From an uncultured Oscillospiraceae bacterium (GTDB lineage: Bacteria > Bacillota > Clostridia > Oscillospirales > Oscillospiraceae), in the NCBI GenBank assembly GCA_964411785.1, contig CAYPMJ010000001.1, positions 1 to 52,834 of the forward strand: 52,834 nucleotides of DNA. The letters are read 5' to 3'. The notes below the pieces were generated by a model, which worked only from the letters and a program-made list of their open reading frames with translations, was not told the origin of the DNA and searched no databases. Positions 52,107 to 52,834 of this stretch are shown here, piece after piece. The translations under genes were made by a program, and so were the position numbers. The stretch's first letter is position 1, and the number at the start of each line of letters is the position of its first letter.

Positions 52107-52834
52107 TCATCCGGCGTGGAATACAAACGTGTTGCTCCTGTCCGCTATATAGAATGAGTCGCCATTGTTGAGTGCCGCCGGCTGGTTCGGAGGCAGCTGC
52201 ACCCCATTGAGGAACGTTCCGCAGCTGGAGCCTGTATCCATGAGCAAAGGCGTTGTTCCCTGCCAGTACACCCGACAGTGCTGGCGGCTCACCCCAGGTG
52301 CGCCGGGGCTGAACAGTACGCCGCAGCTCGCATCCCTTCCGAAGGTAATCCCTGTCTCGGGCACATCGAACCTCCGTCCGGCAAGCTCCCCGCTCTCACA
52401 GACCACTGTCGCTCCCTCGCGCACTGTTCCGGCCGGCTGCGCCTGAGGCGTCTCCGGAGCAATCGGCGCGGTGGGCGGTATCGGGCTCGGGCCCGCTGCA
52501 GGATGATAATTCTGCTGGTAGTCCTGCTGCTGGTACTGCTGCTGCTGATATGGCTCCTGGTAATTTGGCTGCTGGTACTGCTGCTGATATGGCTCCTGAT
52601 AATTTGGCTGCTGGTAGGTCTGCTGATAATTCTGCTGCTGGTAATCCTGTTGCTGGTATGGCTGCTGGTAATTTTGCTGCTGGTAATCCTGTTGCTGGTA
52701 CGGCTGCTGCTGATAGGGCTGCTGATATCCCTGGTAGCTCTGGGCTTCAGCCGCCCACGGCTGTGCCTGGTTTTTCGGCTGCTTCTTTCTCGTGAGAAGT
52801 ATAATCACCACCAGAATCGCAGCAAACGCCACAA
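52107..52834 (-). CDS. Partial CDS whose N-terminus lies outside the window: TM segment, Q/Y-rich low-complexity region and FHA domain
   Basis: The frame is open to the window edge. It contains a TM segment (FAAILVVIILL), a roughly 80-aa (YQQ)n region, and a C-terminal FHA domain (GRDASC...VSRQHCRV...DTGSSCGTF) paralogous to the downstream gene's FHA. Confidence 0.8.
   Translation of the reverse strand, partial: VAFAAILVVIILLTRKKQPKNQAQPWAAEAQSYQGYQQPYQQQPYQQQDYQQQNYQQPYQQQDYQQQNYQQTYQQPNYQEPYQQQYQQPNYQEPYQQQQYQQQDYQQNYHPAAGPSPIPPTAPIAPETPQAQPAGTVREGATVVCESGELAGRRFDVPETGITFGRDASCGVLFSPGAPGVSRQHCRVYWQGTTPLLMDTGSSCGTFLNGVQLPPNQPAALNNGDSFYIADRSNTFVFHAG
52506..52742. repeat. Imperfect tandem DNA repeats encoding the Q/Y-rich region
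   Basis: CTGCTGGTA/CTGCTGATA-type units are repeated. Two longer duplicated blocks encode QQPYQQQDYQQQNY x2 and QQPNYQEPYQQQ x2. Confidence 0.8.

Noticed and set aside
46414-52834. The idea that the kinase, phosphatase, FHA and protease string is an anti-phage defence system
   Set aside because: Nothing in the sequence supports it. There are no nuclease, NTPase, TIR or Sir2-type effectors and no mobile-element context. The kinase is a membrane receptor with an extracellular sensor, which fits envelope or environmental signalling better.
1-52834. Search for CRISPR arrays, tRNA or rRNA genes, transposases, integrases, IS inverted repeats or prophage genes
   Set aside because: I saw no direct-repeat/spacer arrays, cloverleaf-like segments, rRNA-like stretches or recombinase motifs. 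The intergenic regions are explained by promoters, terminators and leaders, apart from the stretch at 45930-46413 noted in the findings.

Overview
This is a 52.8-kb chromosomal window from a high-GC, Gram-positive, Clostridia-like genome. The evidence for that placement is GGAGG-type Shine-Dalgarno sites, lipoprotein solute-binding proteins (SBPs), SLH cell-wall anchors and sugar ABC operons that lack an ATPase gene. I call 37 protein-coding genes, 33 of them on the minus strand. I found no rRNA, tRNA, CRISPR array or mobile element. All family calls come from reading motifs by eye; no searches were run.

Content from left to right:

(1) Positions 1-21639 look like a 14-gene, roughly 21-kb minus-strand operon driven by a perfect TTGACA-17-TATAAT promoter. 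It encodes a 969-aa SBP with two CBM-like modules fused to it, two permeases, an unexplained trio, a second permease pair with its SBP, and then GH35, GH51, GH2 beta-glucuronidase, a GH78-like enzyme and a discoidin-like protein. The trio is an anchored NHL/TPR propeller, a Yip1 membrane protein and an 870-aa secreted DUF5696-like protein.

(2) A LacI-family regulator sits divergent from a GH42 beta-galactosidase, with shared ATGTAACCGGTT operator/cre-like palindromes.

(3) An orphan PilB/MshE-type ATPase carries an intact tandem c-di-GMP-binding MshEN motif and is followed by a small atypical pilin-like ORF.

(4) A uronate-polysaccharide locus contains an SLH-anchored multi-modular PL7-like lyase with a MATE transporter, an IclR regulator, and a 12-gene operon. 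That operon encodes two LplB/C-type permeases, a 720-aa SBP, four small unknown membrane proteins bracketing the only ABC ATPase in the window, two heparinase II/III-like proteins, an SDR and a KdgF-like cupin.

(5) A Ser/Thr signalling module contains a Q/Y-rich FHA protein, a trypsin-like protease-TM-FHA fusion, a PP2C phosphatase, and a Hanks kinase with a zinc ribbon, a propeller-like region and a BspA-type LRR ectodomain.

The best candidates for undescribed biology are the NHL/Yip1/DUF5696-like trio with its giant SBP, and the four membrane proteins around the ATPase.
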